IMG/VR virus record: IMGVR_UViG_3300032516_000016
Location: 3,632 to 67,631 of that record
Source of the DNA: a virus
Length of the DNA: 64,000 nucleotides
Direction: 5' to 3' (one strand)
This document shows, piece after piece, positions 1-9,003 of this stretch (position 1 is its first letter; every line of letters starts with the position of its first letter). The translations under genes were made by a program, and so were the position numbers. The notes beneath the pieces were generated by a model. The model saw nothing but the letters and a program-made list of their open reading frames with translations, searched no databases and was not told the origin of the DNA.

Positions 1-154
1 GGGTATGAAGACCGAGTTCGGATATCTCGTAGATATTCGAGTTTGGTCGTTCTCGTCGAGCACATCTTCGGCTCGTTCCCCTGGTGCAAGGATGGTCACT
101 ATCGTGCCCATCATGGTTTGGTTTTTCTTCCTCCCATTCACCCATGTTACATCA

Positions 155-1096
155 TCATTTTTCACGAACCATGTCATTTTGATACCACTCCACTGTTCTC
201 TTCACTGCCTCATGGATTGACACCTTCGGTGTCCATCCAGTCTGGTCTTTCAGTCTTCTGTTGTCTCCAATGTGCCTTTGCACATCGGCTGTGCGGGCTG
301 GTTTGCGAACTGGTCTGCCGTTGTATCCCATGTGCTTGCAGATTTCGTGGATCAGCCACTCTATCGTCGTTTCCCTGCCTGAGCAAGCGTTATAGCATCT
401 GCCGCGCACTCCGTGCGCGGCAATTGCGGTGGCCGCTTCTGCGATGTCGGTTGAGTACGCGTAATCCCGGCTCTGCTGCCCGGTTCCATGTATCTCAGGT
501 GCTTCTCCCCTCTGCAACTTGCGGATCGTCAACGGTATGACGCCAGCGTAGCTGGCGTCGTTTTGGCGTGGGCCTATGCAGTTGAATGGCCTGATGGTCA
601 CTGCATCCAGGTCGTAAGTGTACACCATCGAGTTGATCAGGTGATCACAAGCGGCCTTGCTCGCCGCGTAGGGCGTAGTCGGGTACAGCTCGTGGGACTC
701 ATCAATCAGCCCTTTCAGGGCTGTTCCGTAGACTTCGCTTGAACTGTATTGGATCATCCGGATCGATTTGTCTATGCAATAGTTCGCGATGGCCCAGGTT
801 GAGTAGACGTTGTTGTCCCACACGGTTCGTGGCTGGTCGAAGCTTTTCGGCAGCGGGTCCACGGCCAGGTTGAAGATCGTGTCAGGGGCGAAGTCGTCTA
901 TTGCTTTTGCATGGACCCCGAATGCAATTTGCACTGACTTCTTCCAGAATGCGATATCGTGGTGCTCGATGTTGTTTGTCTTGCCCAGGCGCAGGTCGTC
1001 GATGACGAGCAGTTTCGTGACACTGTCATCCACTAATTTGTCTACCAGTGTGCTGCCCAGGAATCCGGCGCCACCCGCCACGATTACGTTTTTCAC
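155..1096 (-). CDS. NAD-dependent epimerase/dehydratase (extended SDR, dTDP-glucose 4,6-dehydratase/UDP-glucose 4-epimerase-like)
   Basis: GGAGFLG Rossmann motif, SSSEVYG, catalytic YAASK, RPFNCIGP. Confidence 0.93.
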   Translation of the reverse strand: MKNVIVAGGAGFLGSTLVDKLVDDSVTKLLVIDDLRLGKTNNIEHHDIAFWKKSVQIAFGVHAKAIDDFAPDTIFNLAVDPLPKSFDQPRTVWDNNVYSTWAIANYCIDKSIRMIQYSSSEVYGTALKGLIDESHELYPTTPYAASKAACDHLINSMVYTYDLDAVTIRPFNCIGPRQNDASYAGVIPLTIRKLQRGEAPEIHGTGQQSRDYAYSTDIAEAATAIAAHGVRGRCYNACSGRETTIEWLIHEICKHMGYNGRPVRKPARTADVQRHIGDNRRLKDQTGWTPKVSIHEAVKRTVEWYQNDMVREK

Positions 1097-1341
1097 TTTT
1101 TCAACTCCTTGTCAGTCCTTTTCCATACAATTCTTGTCATTCCATTGGTGGTTAGCTTCTTCTCTGCCGGTGTCAATACTCTCATCGTTACGTAACCATG
1201 TTTTACCAGTTTCTTCAGATGCTTCTCTCCGGTGCCAGACGCAACTTTGGCTATCTTGAATATTTGGGTTGCTGACTGTTCCTTGTCGGATCGGCATGCA
1301 TCAAGTACGCGCTTCACACCTGAGCCTGGTAGGACTATCAT
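1093..1341 (-). CDS. small winged-helix DNA-binding protein
   Basis: ATQIFKIAKVASGTGEKHLKKLVKHGYV HTH-like pattern; overlaps neighbours in operon. Confidence 0.55.
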   Translation of the reverse strand: MIVLPGSGVKRVLDACRSDKEQSATQIFKIAKVASGTGEKHLKKLVKHGYVTMRVLTPAEKKLTTNGMTRIVWKRTDKELKK

Positions 1342-1646
1342 CTCCTTTTCCTCTGTGATTTCTTGGCTTCTTTCATCTTATCATTGCTCACCTTCGGGCA
1401 CGTAGCTAATGTGTAGACGGGCTTTAGCCCTTCTCTCAGTGCCCAGAAGTCAACATCCTCGTCGTGTTTCACTGAACAGTTGACCAGGCATTTGATGCAC
1501 TCCGTCTTGTGCTCAACTCGTTTCAACAGTGTCGCCGACGTGGCTATCCGCTTCTTGTAGGCCGATGGTTTCTCACGCACTTTCCGGTTGGTCGCTATTA
1601 TCATTTCCTGGCGAGCTTTCCCGGCTTCGTATGATAGGTCAACCAT
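1338..1646 (-). CDS. hypothetical basic Cys-containing protein
   Basis: ORF overlapping both neighbours; CxxCxxxC. Confidence 0.55.
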   Translation of the reverse strand: MVDLSYEAGKARQEMIIATNRKVREKPSAYKKRIATSATLLKRVEHKTECIKCLVNCSVKHDEDVDFWALREGLKPVYTLATCPKVSNDKMKEAKKSQRKRR

Positions 1647-2727
1647 GTATCGCCTCGTTGTTGATGCATGTCTCTAGCTCCTTTACTATGTGTTCTATCA
1701 TTTCCTCACTCATTCCTGCCCAAATGGGCAAGGCCAGAGCGGTTGCTGCTAATTCTTCACTAACCGGACATTCTTTCCCTCCCCAATTGTAGCTGCCAAC
1801 TTGACATTGAACACCATTTTCCAACATCCGTTTCATTACTAAATCGCGGTCTACTCCCTGTAACCTAATGACATATGACTGCCAATTGTGTCCTTCATGT
1901 GGTGCATCGGTTGGTAAAAAGATGTTGTTTTCATATAGTTGTGATTTTGTTATTAGATGGTCATAAGTCTTCGCGACTAAGGAGCGAAGACTTAGTATCT
2001 CATCCAATTTCTCCATTTGTGCTATTCCGATTGTTGCCTGTAAGTCTGATAGTTGAAAGTTTAGTCCGGAACTCACGAATTTACCAGTTTTATCCTTTCC
2101 AAACTGTCTTCCTTCAAGCACTTTTTCGTACAACTCCTCGTCGTCAGTACAAACCATGCCTCCGTGACCTGTCGTTACGATTTTTCGGCCATGGAAACTG
2201 AACACACACGTTCCCCGCCGTCCGACTTTCTCTCCCTTGTACTCTGATCCCAAAGCGCAGGCGGCATCTTCCAAAACGAACGCTTCGCGTTCGTTTGCAA
2301 GTTCCCGTACTTTATCCATGTCACATGAAAGGCCGAATTGATGGATTGGTATAATAGCATCTACATTGTGATCGATTGCTATTTTTGGTATCATATTATA
2401 TGTGTTAATGTCTACATCTAAGTTAGATGAAAATATTCCATATCGTTTTTCTTGTAATTTTCTCATTACCATTTGCACGGCAGGAAATGTAAATGCTGAT
2501 GTATATACACTAAAGAATTCATATTTTTTTTGTATTTCATCTAATGCTAAATAGAGTCCCGCAGTGCATGAGCTGACGGCTACTGCATACTTCGCGCCTA
2601 CGTACTTACGCACGATCTCCTCAAACTCCTCAACCTTCTTCCCGCTGCTGACCATCCCGCTCCTGAGCACCTCGCTTACTGCGAGGTGCTCTTGGTCGTT
2701 GAAGTACGGTTTGGCTAGTGGAATCAT
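1639..2727 (-). CDS. DegT/DnrJ/EryC1/StrS PLP-dependent sugar aminotransferase
   Basis: MIPLAKP start (ATG 2727), VSSCTAGL, LEDAACALG, SFHGRKIVTTGHGGM with PLP lysine. Confidence 0.93.
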   Translation of the reverse strand: MIPLAKPYFNDQEHLAVSEVLRSGMVSSGKKVEEFEEIVRKYVGAKYAVAVSSCTAGLYLALDEIQKKYEFFSVYTSAFTFPAVQMVMRKLQEKRYGIFSSNLDVDINTYNMIPKIAIDHNVDAIIPIHQFGLSCDMDKVRELANEREAFVLEDAACALGSEYKGEKVGRRGTCVFSFHGRKIVTTGHGGMVCTDDEELYEKVLEGRQFGKDKTGKFVSSGLNFQLSDLQATIGIAQMEKLDEILSLRSLVAKTYDHLITKSQLYENNIFLPTDAPHEGHNWQSYVIRLQGVDRDLVMKRMLENGVQCQVGSYNWGGKECPVSEELAATALALPIWAGMSEEMIEHIVKELETCINNEAIHG

Positions 2728-3107
2728 TTTGACACATCCTCTACAAAGAAGCAACCTAGTATCGTGTGATCATAAGCAGTTGCTGTGTCTATGTTTATTA
2801 TGATTTCAATTTCACTACTTGATACTAATCCTTCGTGTAGTGGTGTCATTCCTTCTGCTAATTGTACACTTTGTTCTAATAGTGTTTGTATCCTTCTTTT
2901 CGGCTCATCTGAATTTTTCCAACTGTGCATCACACGTATTGTTGCATTTACTCCTAATATGTTTACGTTTTTCAATTTCAACCATCTCAAAATGTCATAA
3001 CTCCAATTTTCATCGACATTATCACCAATTGGTAATTTGAAGATGATGTTATGTTGTGCATGATTGCATGCCGGTATTTCTATGTTGAATATATGTTGAT
3101 ACATCAT
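2724..3107 (-). CDS. hypothetical protein (AT-rich)
   Basis: ORF with ATGA overlaps on both sides. Confidence 0.5.
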   Translation of the reverse strand: MMYQHIFNIEIPACNHAQHNIIFKLPIGDNVDENWSYDILRWLKLKNVNILGVNATIRVMHSWKNSDEPKRRIQTLLEQSVQLAEGMTPLHEGLVSSSEIEIIINIDTATAYDHTILGCFFVEDVSK

Positions 3108-3280
3108 AGTCTTGACCCCATCGCAACCAACTGGTCCAGGGTGAACCCGCGCTTCTCGGCTTCTCGCATTAGTTCCACCAGTCCTCGCGCCAAGCTCTCG
3201 ATTGGCGCGTCTGGTAGGTCGAAATGGAAGCCTTGTGGGCCTTCGAAGGTAATCTCTGGTCTGTGGCAGGGTATTGTCAT
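3104..3280 (-). CDS. small hypothetical protein (58 aa, MTIPCHRPEITF..., not in ORF track)
   Basis: manually translated; fills the gap with ATGA overlaps at both ends. Confidence 0.55.
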   Translation of the reverse strand: MTIPCHRPEITFEGPQGFHFDLPDAPIESLARGLVELMREAEKRGFTLDQLVAMGSRL

Positions 3281-3609
3281 CGGTACATCACTTCCAAGGC
3301 ACGTATATCCGTTGTCGTCGGTGGCTGTTTCCCCCTGCCTGGCATCTTCACGAAGCCATGTCTGGAGCGTACCAGCGTGACCTCACCATCTTCGATCATT
3401 TTGGCAACGATTCGTAGCCCTCTCACTACCACCCCGATCTCATCGACCGGGGTGAGGCGCAAACCCTCGGGACCGATTAGCACTTCGATGAAGTGCTCAC
3501 AGGATTCACATTTTACGATGGATTTTTCTTCTTTCAGGTCTGTGTTGGTGTCCGGGGTTACAACGACGATTTGCTTACCGCAAGTTGGGCATAATGCGTT
3601 TGTTAGCAT
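3277..3609 (-). CDS. Zn-ribbon protein
   Basis: CPTC...CESC. Confidence 0.6.
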   Translation of the reverse strand: MLTNALCPTCGKQIVVVTPDTNTDLKEEKSIVKCESCEHFIEVLIGPEGLRLTPVDEIGVVVRGLRIVAKMIEDGEVTLVRSRHGFVKMPGRGKQPPTTTDIRALEVMYR

Positions 3610-3989
3610 TACACGAACTCCACTATGACATCTTCCTCTAGTATGTGCTTCACTTCGTTCAGCGTGTCCTTGAGTTCTCCTTCATGTACAATCGTCTTCG
3701 TGAGTTTGTACCATGGATCGCCGGTGCCAGGAACGGTGTTTTCCAACTCCTTGTCAAACTTCTCCTTCTTGATGGCGAGCTCTACCCGGATTGTTACGAT
3801 CACGTCGTTTGGGCAGATTTCGAATTTACCATCCTTCTTAATTGTCTCAATTGCCTCCTTCCCCAGTGACTTCACCTCCAGTTTAAAGTCGCCCTTTTGG
3901 GCGACTTTGAGGTGGTGGGTGTATTCGGTGCCATCCTTCTTCTCTTTCTTCGTGTGCCCGAGGGCGGTTACTAATCCTTTCAGTACCAT
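3609..3989 (-). CDS. hypothetical protein
   Basis: in operon, GGAGG RBS upstream. Confidence 0.6.
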   Translation of the reverse strand: MVLKGLVTALGHTKKEKKDGTEYTHHLKVAQKGDFKLEVKSLGKEAIETIKKDGKFEICPNDVIVTIRVELAIKKEKFDKELENTVPGTGDPWYKLTKTIVHEGELKDTLNEVKHILEEDVIVEFV

Positions 3990-3990
3990 G

Positions 3991-4737
3991 TTATTTCCTC
4001 CCGCAGAAGCAGAAATGCCTACCTAGGGTGCAAAGTTCCAGCATGTCATCGTACTCCAGTTGAAGTCGCTTCGCGACTTCTTTTGGATCTTGCATTTTGA
4101 TCTGGGTGAGAACGCGGGTGATGAAGTAGTAGATGCCTAGCGTGGATTGATGGGTGTTGTTGTTGAACTTTTTCCACACATGATCTATCACATCTTCATC
4201 CAGGTCCAGATTCTCTTTCATCAAGGTTAAGGGGGCCACGTCGAACATGGCACGCATTTTATCCAGCTGTTCCGTTCCTTCCGCCCTCCCTTCGCAGCAG
4301 ATGAAGTAACCACCCGGTGCTAATGCCTCCCAAATCGCATCTATTAATGCGATTTGATCGGCCTTTGTTGGCAGGTTGATCAGGCAGCGGGCTGAGATGA
4401 TCATGTCGTAAGTGTTTCGTTTTTCCAGTTCTCTTACATCCATTTGAGCGAAATGCAACTCTTCTTGTTCCAGTTGTTTTGCAAGGGTTATCATCTCCTC
4501 GGATGAATCGATGCCCCATGTCATTGATGCATAATTCGCCCATCTTCTCGTTCTCCGTCCGTTCCCGCATCCTACATCCAGTATGCGGTCAGGTTGGATC
4601 TGGTCAAGCGCACCCTCGATGAAATCATTCTCCAAATCGACCAGGGCATGGTCGGTGTGCGCACCGTACTCCGAGTCTCCGAACTCAAGTGCTTTCTTGT
4701 CCCATGGATTTTCGGTCATCGGCTTACCTTGGCACAT
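3991..4737 (-). CDS. class I SAM-dependent methyltransferase
   Basis: ILDVGCGNG motif I, GIDSS, YDMII, LAPGG. Confidence 0.9.
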   Translation of the reverse strand: MCQGKPMTENPWDKKALEFGDSEYGAHTDHALVDLENDFIEGALDQIQPDRILDVGCGNGRRTRRWANYASMTWGIDSSEEMITLAKQLEQEELHFAQMDVRELEKRNTYDMIISARCLINLPTKADQIALIDAIWEALAPGGYFICCEGRAEGTEQLDKMRAMFDVAPLTLMKENLDLDEDVIDHVWKKFNNNTHQSTLGIYYFITRVLTQIKMQDPKEVAKRLQLEYDDMLELCTLGRHFCFCGRK

Positions 4738-5155
4738 CTCCCAGGATGGCTGGCTTTTTGCCAGACTTGTACTCAGCTATCTCGGGGTCTATGCCGAATT
4801 TCATCATGTATTCGTACTTGTTGAACAACCCTGAGCCATTGCCTGGGCGATAGAGCGTGGTACCAGCTTGCGTGACGTGTCCGGCGGGCATCACCGCTTG
4901 CGTATCATCCAGCATCGGCACACATCCTTCGAGCCACCCGCCTTCGGCATCCATGGTTGCAATGAATTCCTTGAACAGCTCCTCGGTCGAGATGATGTCC
5001 GGTAGGATCATCACGTGACTGCATTCTGGACATCCTATCAATGCTTGATTTCCAGTTTGTTTTTTCCTTAATACAGCACGCTTCATTTTCTCATCATCTA
5101 ATACAACTTCTTTATCGCATCCCATGTTAGGGCAAAGTGTACGAATTGATTTCAT
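4724..5155 (-). CDS. Zn-binding hypothetical protein
   Basis: CPNMGC...CPEC. Confidence 0.6.
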   Translation of the reverse strand: MKSIRTLCPNMGCDKEVVLDDEKMKRAVLRKKQTGNQALIGCPECSHVMILPDIISTEELFKEFIATMDAEGGWLEGCVPMLDDTQAVMPAGHVTQAGTTLYRPGNGSGLFNKYEYMMKFGIDPEIAEYKSGKKPAILGDVPR

Positions 5156-5685
5156 ATCTCCACCATCTCCGTTCCTGACCAGGCATCATGTTCTTGCTTG
5201 TTGATCTTCGTTAGACGCGAACTAGCACGTTTCATCCATTTCACCATTTCCTGAAACATCTTCTCTTCTACAAGTTCACCTATACGTATGATTAGTGTAA
5301 CACTATCTGGTACTTTTAACAACACTTCGTTTCTATATGTTTTATGAAATGCTGGTTTATCATTTAGATATTTTTTTGGCAATTCCGTGATATCTAACAC
5401 ATTTTCGAATCCCAAAATCTTTCTCCACTTCACCTCATTCACCATAATCTTCTCAGTCAGTATCTTAGCAGATCTGGATTTCACAGGTTCCAAATCCTTC
5501 TCATCATACCACCACAAATCATGTTCTCCTTCTGCTTTAGGCACTTTTAGACCGATGGGTGATACTGGATTGTCATTAATTTCCTTTATTTCATATATAT
5601 TTCCTATCGTGTGTATCATTTCATGTACGTAATCGTTGTCATTCAAGGGAACACTTTTCACTCTGACCTTATCGCCTGCTTTCAT
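5152..5685 (-). CDS. hypothetical protein with SH3-like N-terminus
   Basis: MKAGDKVRVK...WWYDEKDLEPV pattern. Confidence 0.55.
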   Translation of the reverse strand: MKAGDKVRVKSVPLNDNDYVHEMIHTIGNIYEIKEINDNPVSPIGLKVPKAEGEHDLWWYDEKDLEPVKSRSAKILTEKIMVNEVKWRKILGFENVLDITELPKKYLNDKPAFHKTYRNEVLLKVPDSVTLIIRIGELVEEKMFQEMVKWMKRASSRLTKINKQEHDAWSGTEMVEI

Positions 5686-5695
5686 GTCATACCCC

Positions 5696-5725
5696 AGAGT
5701 CCCGGCCCCGCAGGGCCGGGACTCT
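5696..5725 (-). terminator. 13-bp stem hairpin with C(UGCG)G loop on the transcribed strand
   Basis: agagtcccggccc-cgca-gggccgggactct, directly after the stop of 5726..5962; no U tract, so function uncertain. Confidence 0.55.
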
Positions 5726-5962
5726 CTAGGCCACCACGAAGTTCTGCTTGATCTTCTTCTCTTTTACCAGAGTCTTGATCGCTACCTTTGCGACCCTGTC
5801 GCTTACCCCCGCGTTCACCAATTCGTCAATGGTGCCCTTGCCACCCATGATCAGCTCGAATACCTGGAACTTCTCGCTCCATGTTACGACGGGCGCTCTC
5901 TCTGTCGTTACCTTCGGTGCAGGTTGTGCAACCGGTTTCTTTGTCTCGAATTTAGCTTCCAT
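5726..5962 (-). CDS. small winged-helix-like protein
   Basis: GTIDELV...VAKVAIKTLVKEKKI. Confidence 0.5.
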   Translation of the reverse strand: MEAKFETKKPVAQPAPKVTTERAPVVTWSEKFQVFELIMGGKGTIDELVNAGVSDRVAKVAIKTLVKEKKIKQNFVVA

Positions 5963-6947
5963 TTTCCATCATCTCATTCCATCGCGCTAAGGCGTGCGTA
6001 TAGTCATAGTACTTTACTGAGTCCTGCGCGTTATCTGCGCATAGTTGCATGAACTCCCCATCGTTCAAGAGCTTGCGTAACAAGTTCTCCATCGTTTGGT
6101 CATCCACTGGGTCGCACACGAGCAACGGGAACAATCGACGCATTGCGGAGATCGTGTTGCTCCCCACGGTCGGCACGCCGAGCGCGGCGGCATCAACGAC
6201 GCCGCGTCCGTAGGTGTGCTGAGGTGTTACATCCATGTTAAGGTAGCTCTTTGCAAGTAGTTGCATGTAGTTAGGGTAATCCAACCGATCAACTATGTCA
6301 TCGAAGTATCCATCTATTGCAACTGGTGGTCTGCCATCCAGATGGAAGTTCATCAGTACTGTTGATAGCTCGAACTCTTTGCGCAGTTTTCTTGTAGCGT
6401 AGAATCCATATTCCCATGTATTTAGGTATCTGTGATGTTGACACGAGATTACATGAGCTTCTGGTACAGGCTTGCGATAGCATTTGGCAATTGTCCATAC
6501 ATCCACCGGATGAGGGATACACCAAATTTTTCGGCCAGTATGTCTTTCTAATCTACTAGCAGCAAATTCTTCTACATGGAATATAAAGTCAGCGCTCAAA
6601 GCCATCTTCTCGAATATGAAGAAGTCCATTGTCGAGAACATGTCAACAGCGTGATCCACGTTCATCACGATCTTGGTATCGGAGCTGCCCAGTACGTCGC
6701 GAATTGCCGCGACGTAGCTCGCGTTGCCAGGAGTGTAGTTGACGTGGATCACGTCATAGTGTTCCATGAATTCGCGAGTTAGGTTCGACGAAAATGTTCC
6801 TTCGCCTTCAAATCGCTTGAACACTTCGGTCCATGCGAACAGACCGCTCATCATTAGCGGCCATTTCTTCTGGCCGTCGTTCTCCGGTATAGTCGGATGC
6901 ATTACTCGACCTATTGGGTCGAGTCCTGAGAACAAGCAGTATTTCAT
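5952..6947 (-). CDS. GT-B (GT4-like) glycosyltransferase
   Basis: C-terminal HTYGRGVVDAAALGVPTVGS, a variant of the GT4 E-x7-E motif; IPHPVD. Confidence 0.75.
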   Translation of the reverse strand: MKYCLFSGLDPIGRVMHPTIPENDGQKKWPLMMSGLFAWTEVFKRFEGEGTFSSNLTREFMEHYDVIHVNYTPGNASYVAAIRDVLGSSDTKIVMNVDHAVDMFSTMDFFIFEKMALSADFIFHVEEFAASRLERHTGRKIWCIPHPVDVWTIAKCYRKPVPEAHVISCQHHRYLNTWEYGFYATRKLRKEFELSTVLMNFHLDGRPPVAIDGYFDDIVDRLDYPNYMQLLAKSYLNMDVTPQHTYGRGVVDAAALGVPTVGSNTISAMRRLFPLLVCDPVDDQTMENLLRKLLNDGEFMQLCADNAQDSVKYYDYTHALARWNEMMENGS

Positions 6948-7462
6948 TTAGTTCCTCCAAAATTCAGTCTAGCGAATTTTCCAAAGTGCAATGTTGCTGC
7001 TTCATCATACTTTTTTGCCGCGTCCAGTTCATTCTCGAAATATCCTAGATGAATTTTTTTATCATTTACTCTGATTTGTGCTGTCCAGTTATTACCTCGT
7101 TTATACCATGTCACTCCTTTGTATATTGAAGATACATGTAATTGTTTTTTTACATTTGAGCAATTTTCTTGATGAGTTGATAGACGTAAATTCGATATCG
7201 TGTTATTTAATGGATTTCCATCTATGTGATCAATTTCTAGTTCATGTGGTATTTCTTTATTTGTTTTTTGTTCCCATATAACACGATGTAATTTTATCGT
7301 GGTCGGTCTATTTGTTTCACTTATTAACCGTCTCCTTCCTACATAATATGATCCTTGATCATGATGTTTCATTGCTTGCCATTTCCATTGTGATAGATAA
7401 TCATATAATATATCATCTACCAATGTTGTTTTTTCTTGAGTTAATTTAATTTCCATCATCAA
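6944..7462 (-). CDS. HNH-AP2 homing endonuclease
   Basis: IDHIDGNPLNN...NLR; SIYKGV..W.AQI...LGYF...AAKKYD AP2 domain; AT-rich. Confidence 0.9.
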   Translation of the reverse strand: MMMEIKLTQEKTTLVDDILYDYLSQWKWQAMKHHDQGSYYVGRRRLISETNRPTTIKLHRVIWEQKTNKEIPHELEIDHIDGNPLNNTISNLRLSTHQENCSNVKKQLHVSSIYKGVTWYKRGNNWTAQIRVNDKKIHLGYFENELDAAKKYDEAATLHFGKFARLNFGGTK

Positions 7463-8397
7463 ATCCTACCTTTTAACGCCCAATTTATCCAATGCATCCA
7501 ACGTTTGCATACCACCTCAGCTTTATAATATCTTAATATACACTCTTTTCTACTGGTGGTGAACTCATGAGTTTTGTTTTTCTCTATAGTTATTGCTTCA
7601 CTTAATGCATCTTTTATTGATCCATTTGATCGTACATCCCCATTATATGATCTCGTGTAATCATATAATTCAGGATGTATAGAATAATACCAGGAGCTAT
7701 ATGGTCCCACTGGCGTTGAATCCATATAACATCCTTCCGCAGTATTCATCCCTGGTGCTTTGTACGGGCTAGGGGGGTCCAGGATGATGTGCGCCCTGGC
7801 CTTCGCGGCAATCGTGTCACGCCACGATTTACCGGACACCACCTCGAACTTGATGCTTAGTTCATCTATCTGCTTCTTGGCCTCTTCGATGAACTGTTGC
7901 TTCTTTGCGGTTACGGCGCAGCACACGGTAAGTTCCGAATTCTTCGGAATTCCTCGGGTCAAGGTATCGATCTCATCCACGTCGATGATCAGGCTTTCGA
8001 AGAATGCGGTTGCTATCAGGTTCGGGGTTATCGTTTGATCCGTGGCCGGGGGCACTATGAGCGTGTGGCCTCGGAGCTGGTTTACCAGGTTGCTCCCGGT
8101 TGCTGCACGCAGTGGCGATCCCAGGCCGTGAATGCACGAGTTTCGTGCATTCACGTACTTACGCAACTCGCCCCCGCCCAGGTACTGATCCTGCATGATG
8201 AAGAAGTCGGTGTTCTTGGCGAAATCAATTACTTCGTCATCGCTTACGTGCCCTGCTACCCAATCCGTCTTGTACCCCAGGTAGCTCTCGGCCATCGTTA
8301 GTGACTTGGCATCCCACCCCAAGTGATCACGCATGGCCTTGGCGAGTAGATAGCCCTGCGCACCGGAATCCATGCTTGAAATGTACAGTACCCTCAT
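7459..8397 (-). CDS. putative glycosyltransferase (GT-B-like)
   Basis: MRVLYISS N-terminus (ATGA overlap at 8394-8397), GMNTAEG motif, next to another GT. Confidence 0.6.
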   Translation of the reverse strand: MRVLYISSMDSGAQGYLLAKAMRDHLGWDAKSLTMAESYLGYKTDWVAGHVSDDEVIDFAKNTDFFIMQDQYLGGGELRKYVNARNSCIHGLGSPLRAATGSNLVNQLRGHTLIVPPATDQTITPNLIATAFFESLIIDVDEIDTLTRGIPKNSELTVCCAVTAKKQQFIEEAKKQIDELSIKFEVVSGKSWRDTIAAKARAHIILDPPSPYKAPGMNTAEGCYMDSTPVGPYSSWYYSIHPELYDYTRSYNGDVRSNGSIKDALSEAITIEKNKTHEFTTSRKECILRYYKAEVVCKRWMHWINWALKGRI

Positions 8398-8663
8398 GCC
8401 CAAGTCCATCCTTTTGCTTCCAGATCTTTGACCATCTGTATCTGTTCCGCGATTGACCATCTGTCCATGTCTATTTCACCGTGTGCAGTTCGTGTTTTGT
8501 ACCCAGACCAATCTTGTAAGTCATACTTTATCATCACGCTCGGAACGTAGCCGGTTGGCCGTATAGTCTCGAACTCTTTCCACGCCTCATCTATCGGCAA
8601 GCCCACGATCTTTACCTTTAGCACCATTGGTGTCCAGGTAGTAATGTGTTTTCTCATCGTCAT
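8394..8663 (-). CDS. hypothetical protein
   Basis: ATGA-coupled ORF. Confidence 0.5.
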   Translation of the reverse strand: MTMRKHITTWTPMVLKVKIVGLPIDEAWKEFETIRPTGYVPSVMIKYDLQDWSGYKTRTAHGEIDMDRWSIAEQIQMVKDLEAKGWTWA

Positions 8664-8911
8664 GTTTTCCTCGCATTTCGGTTCCTGTAGCATACTTTGA
8701 TCATCCTTCTCACGCACTCGAAGCTCTCCTCGATCTCCTCATCTTTAAGCTCGCGCGGCGGCAGTATCACAAGCAAATCAGTCTCCAGGATCTCCATGTT
8801 CTGCCCCGGCGTCACGCCTTCAGTTCTCACCCACTCCAGGGGTAATGCTATTCGCATTGACCCGCCACTTTTCACTGCATCTCTCTCATGTATCCTCATT
8901 AGTGTACCCAT
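8660..8911 (-). CDS. AbrB/MazE/SpoVT-type DNA-binding protein
   Basis: KSGGSMRIALPLEWVRTEGVTPGQ; first gene of the leftward operon. Confidence 0.8.
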   Translation of the reverse strand: MGTLMRIHERDAVKSGGSMRIALPLEWVRTEGVTPGQNMEILETDLLVILPPRELKDEEIEESFECVRRMIKVCYRNRNARKT

Positions 8912-8934
8912 AACTGTCTCCGCTTTACACACTA

Positions 8935-8985
8935 CTTGTTAGTATATAATGGTGTTCCTCGGTGTACCAAATAGCTAAATTCTAT
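8935..8985. promoter_or_regulatory. divergent archaeal promoter region
   Basis: AGTATATAAT TATA-like box between divergent operons. Confidence 0.5.
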
Positions 8986-9003
8986 CGATGTCAGTACACT
9001 TTT

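Noticed and set aside
1-114. Partial minus-strand ORF MMGTIVTILAPGE... running off the window
   Set aside because: Has a plausible RBS but is too short to assign or support
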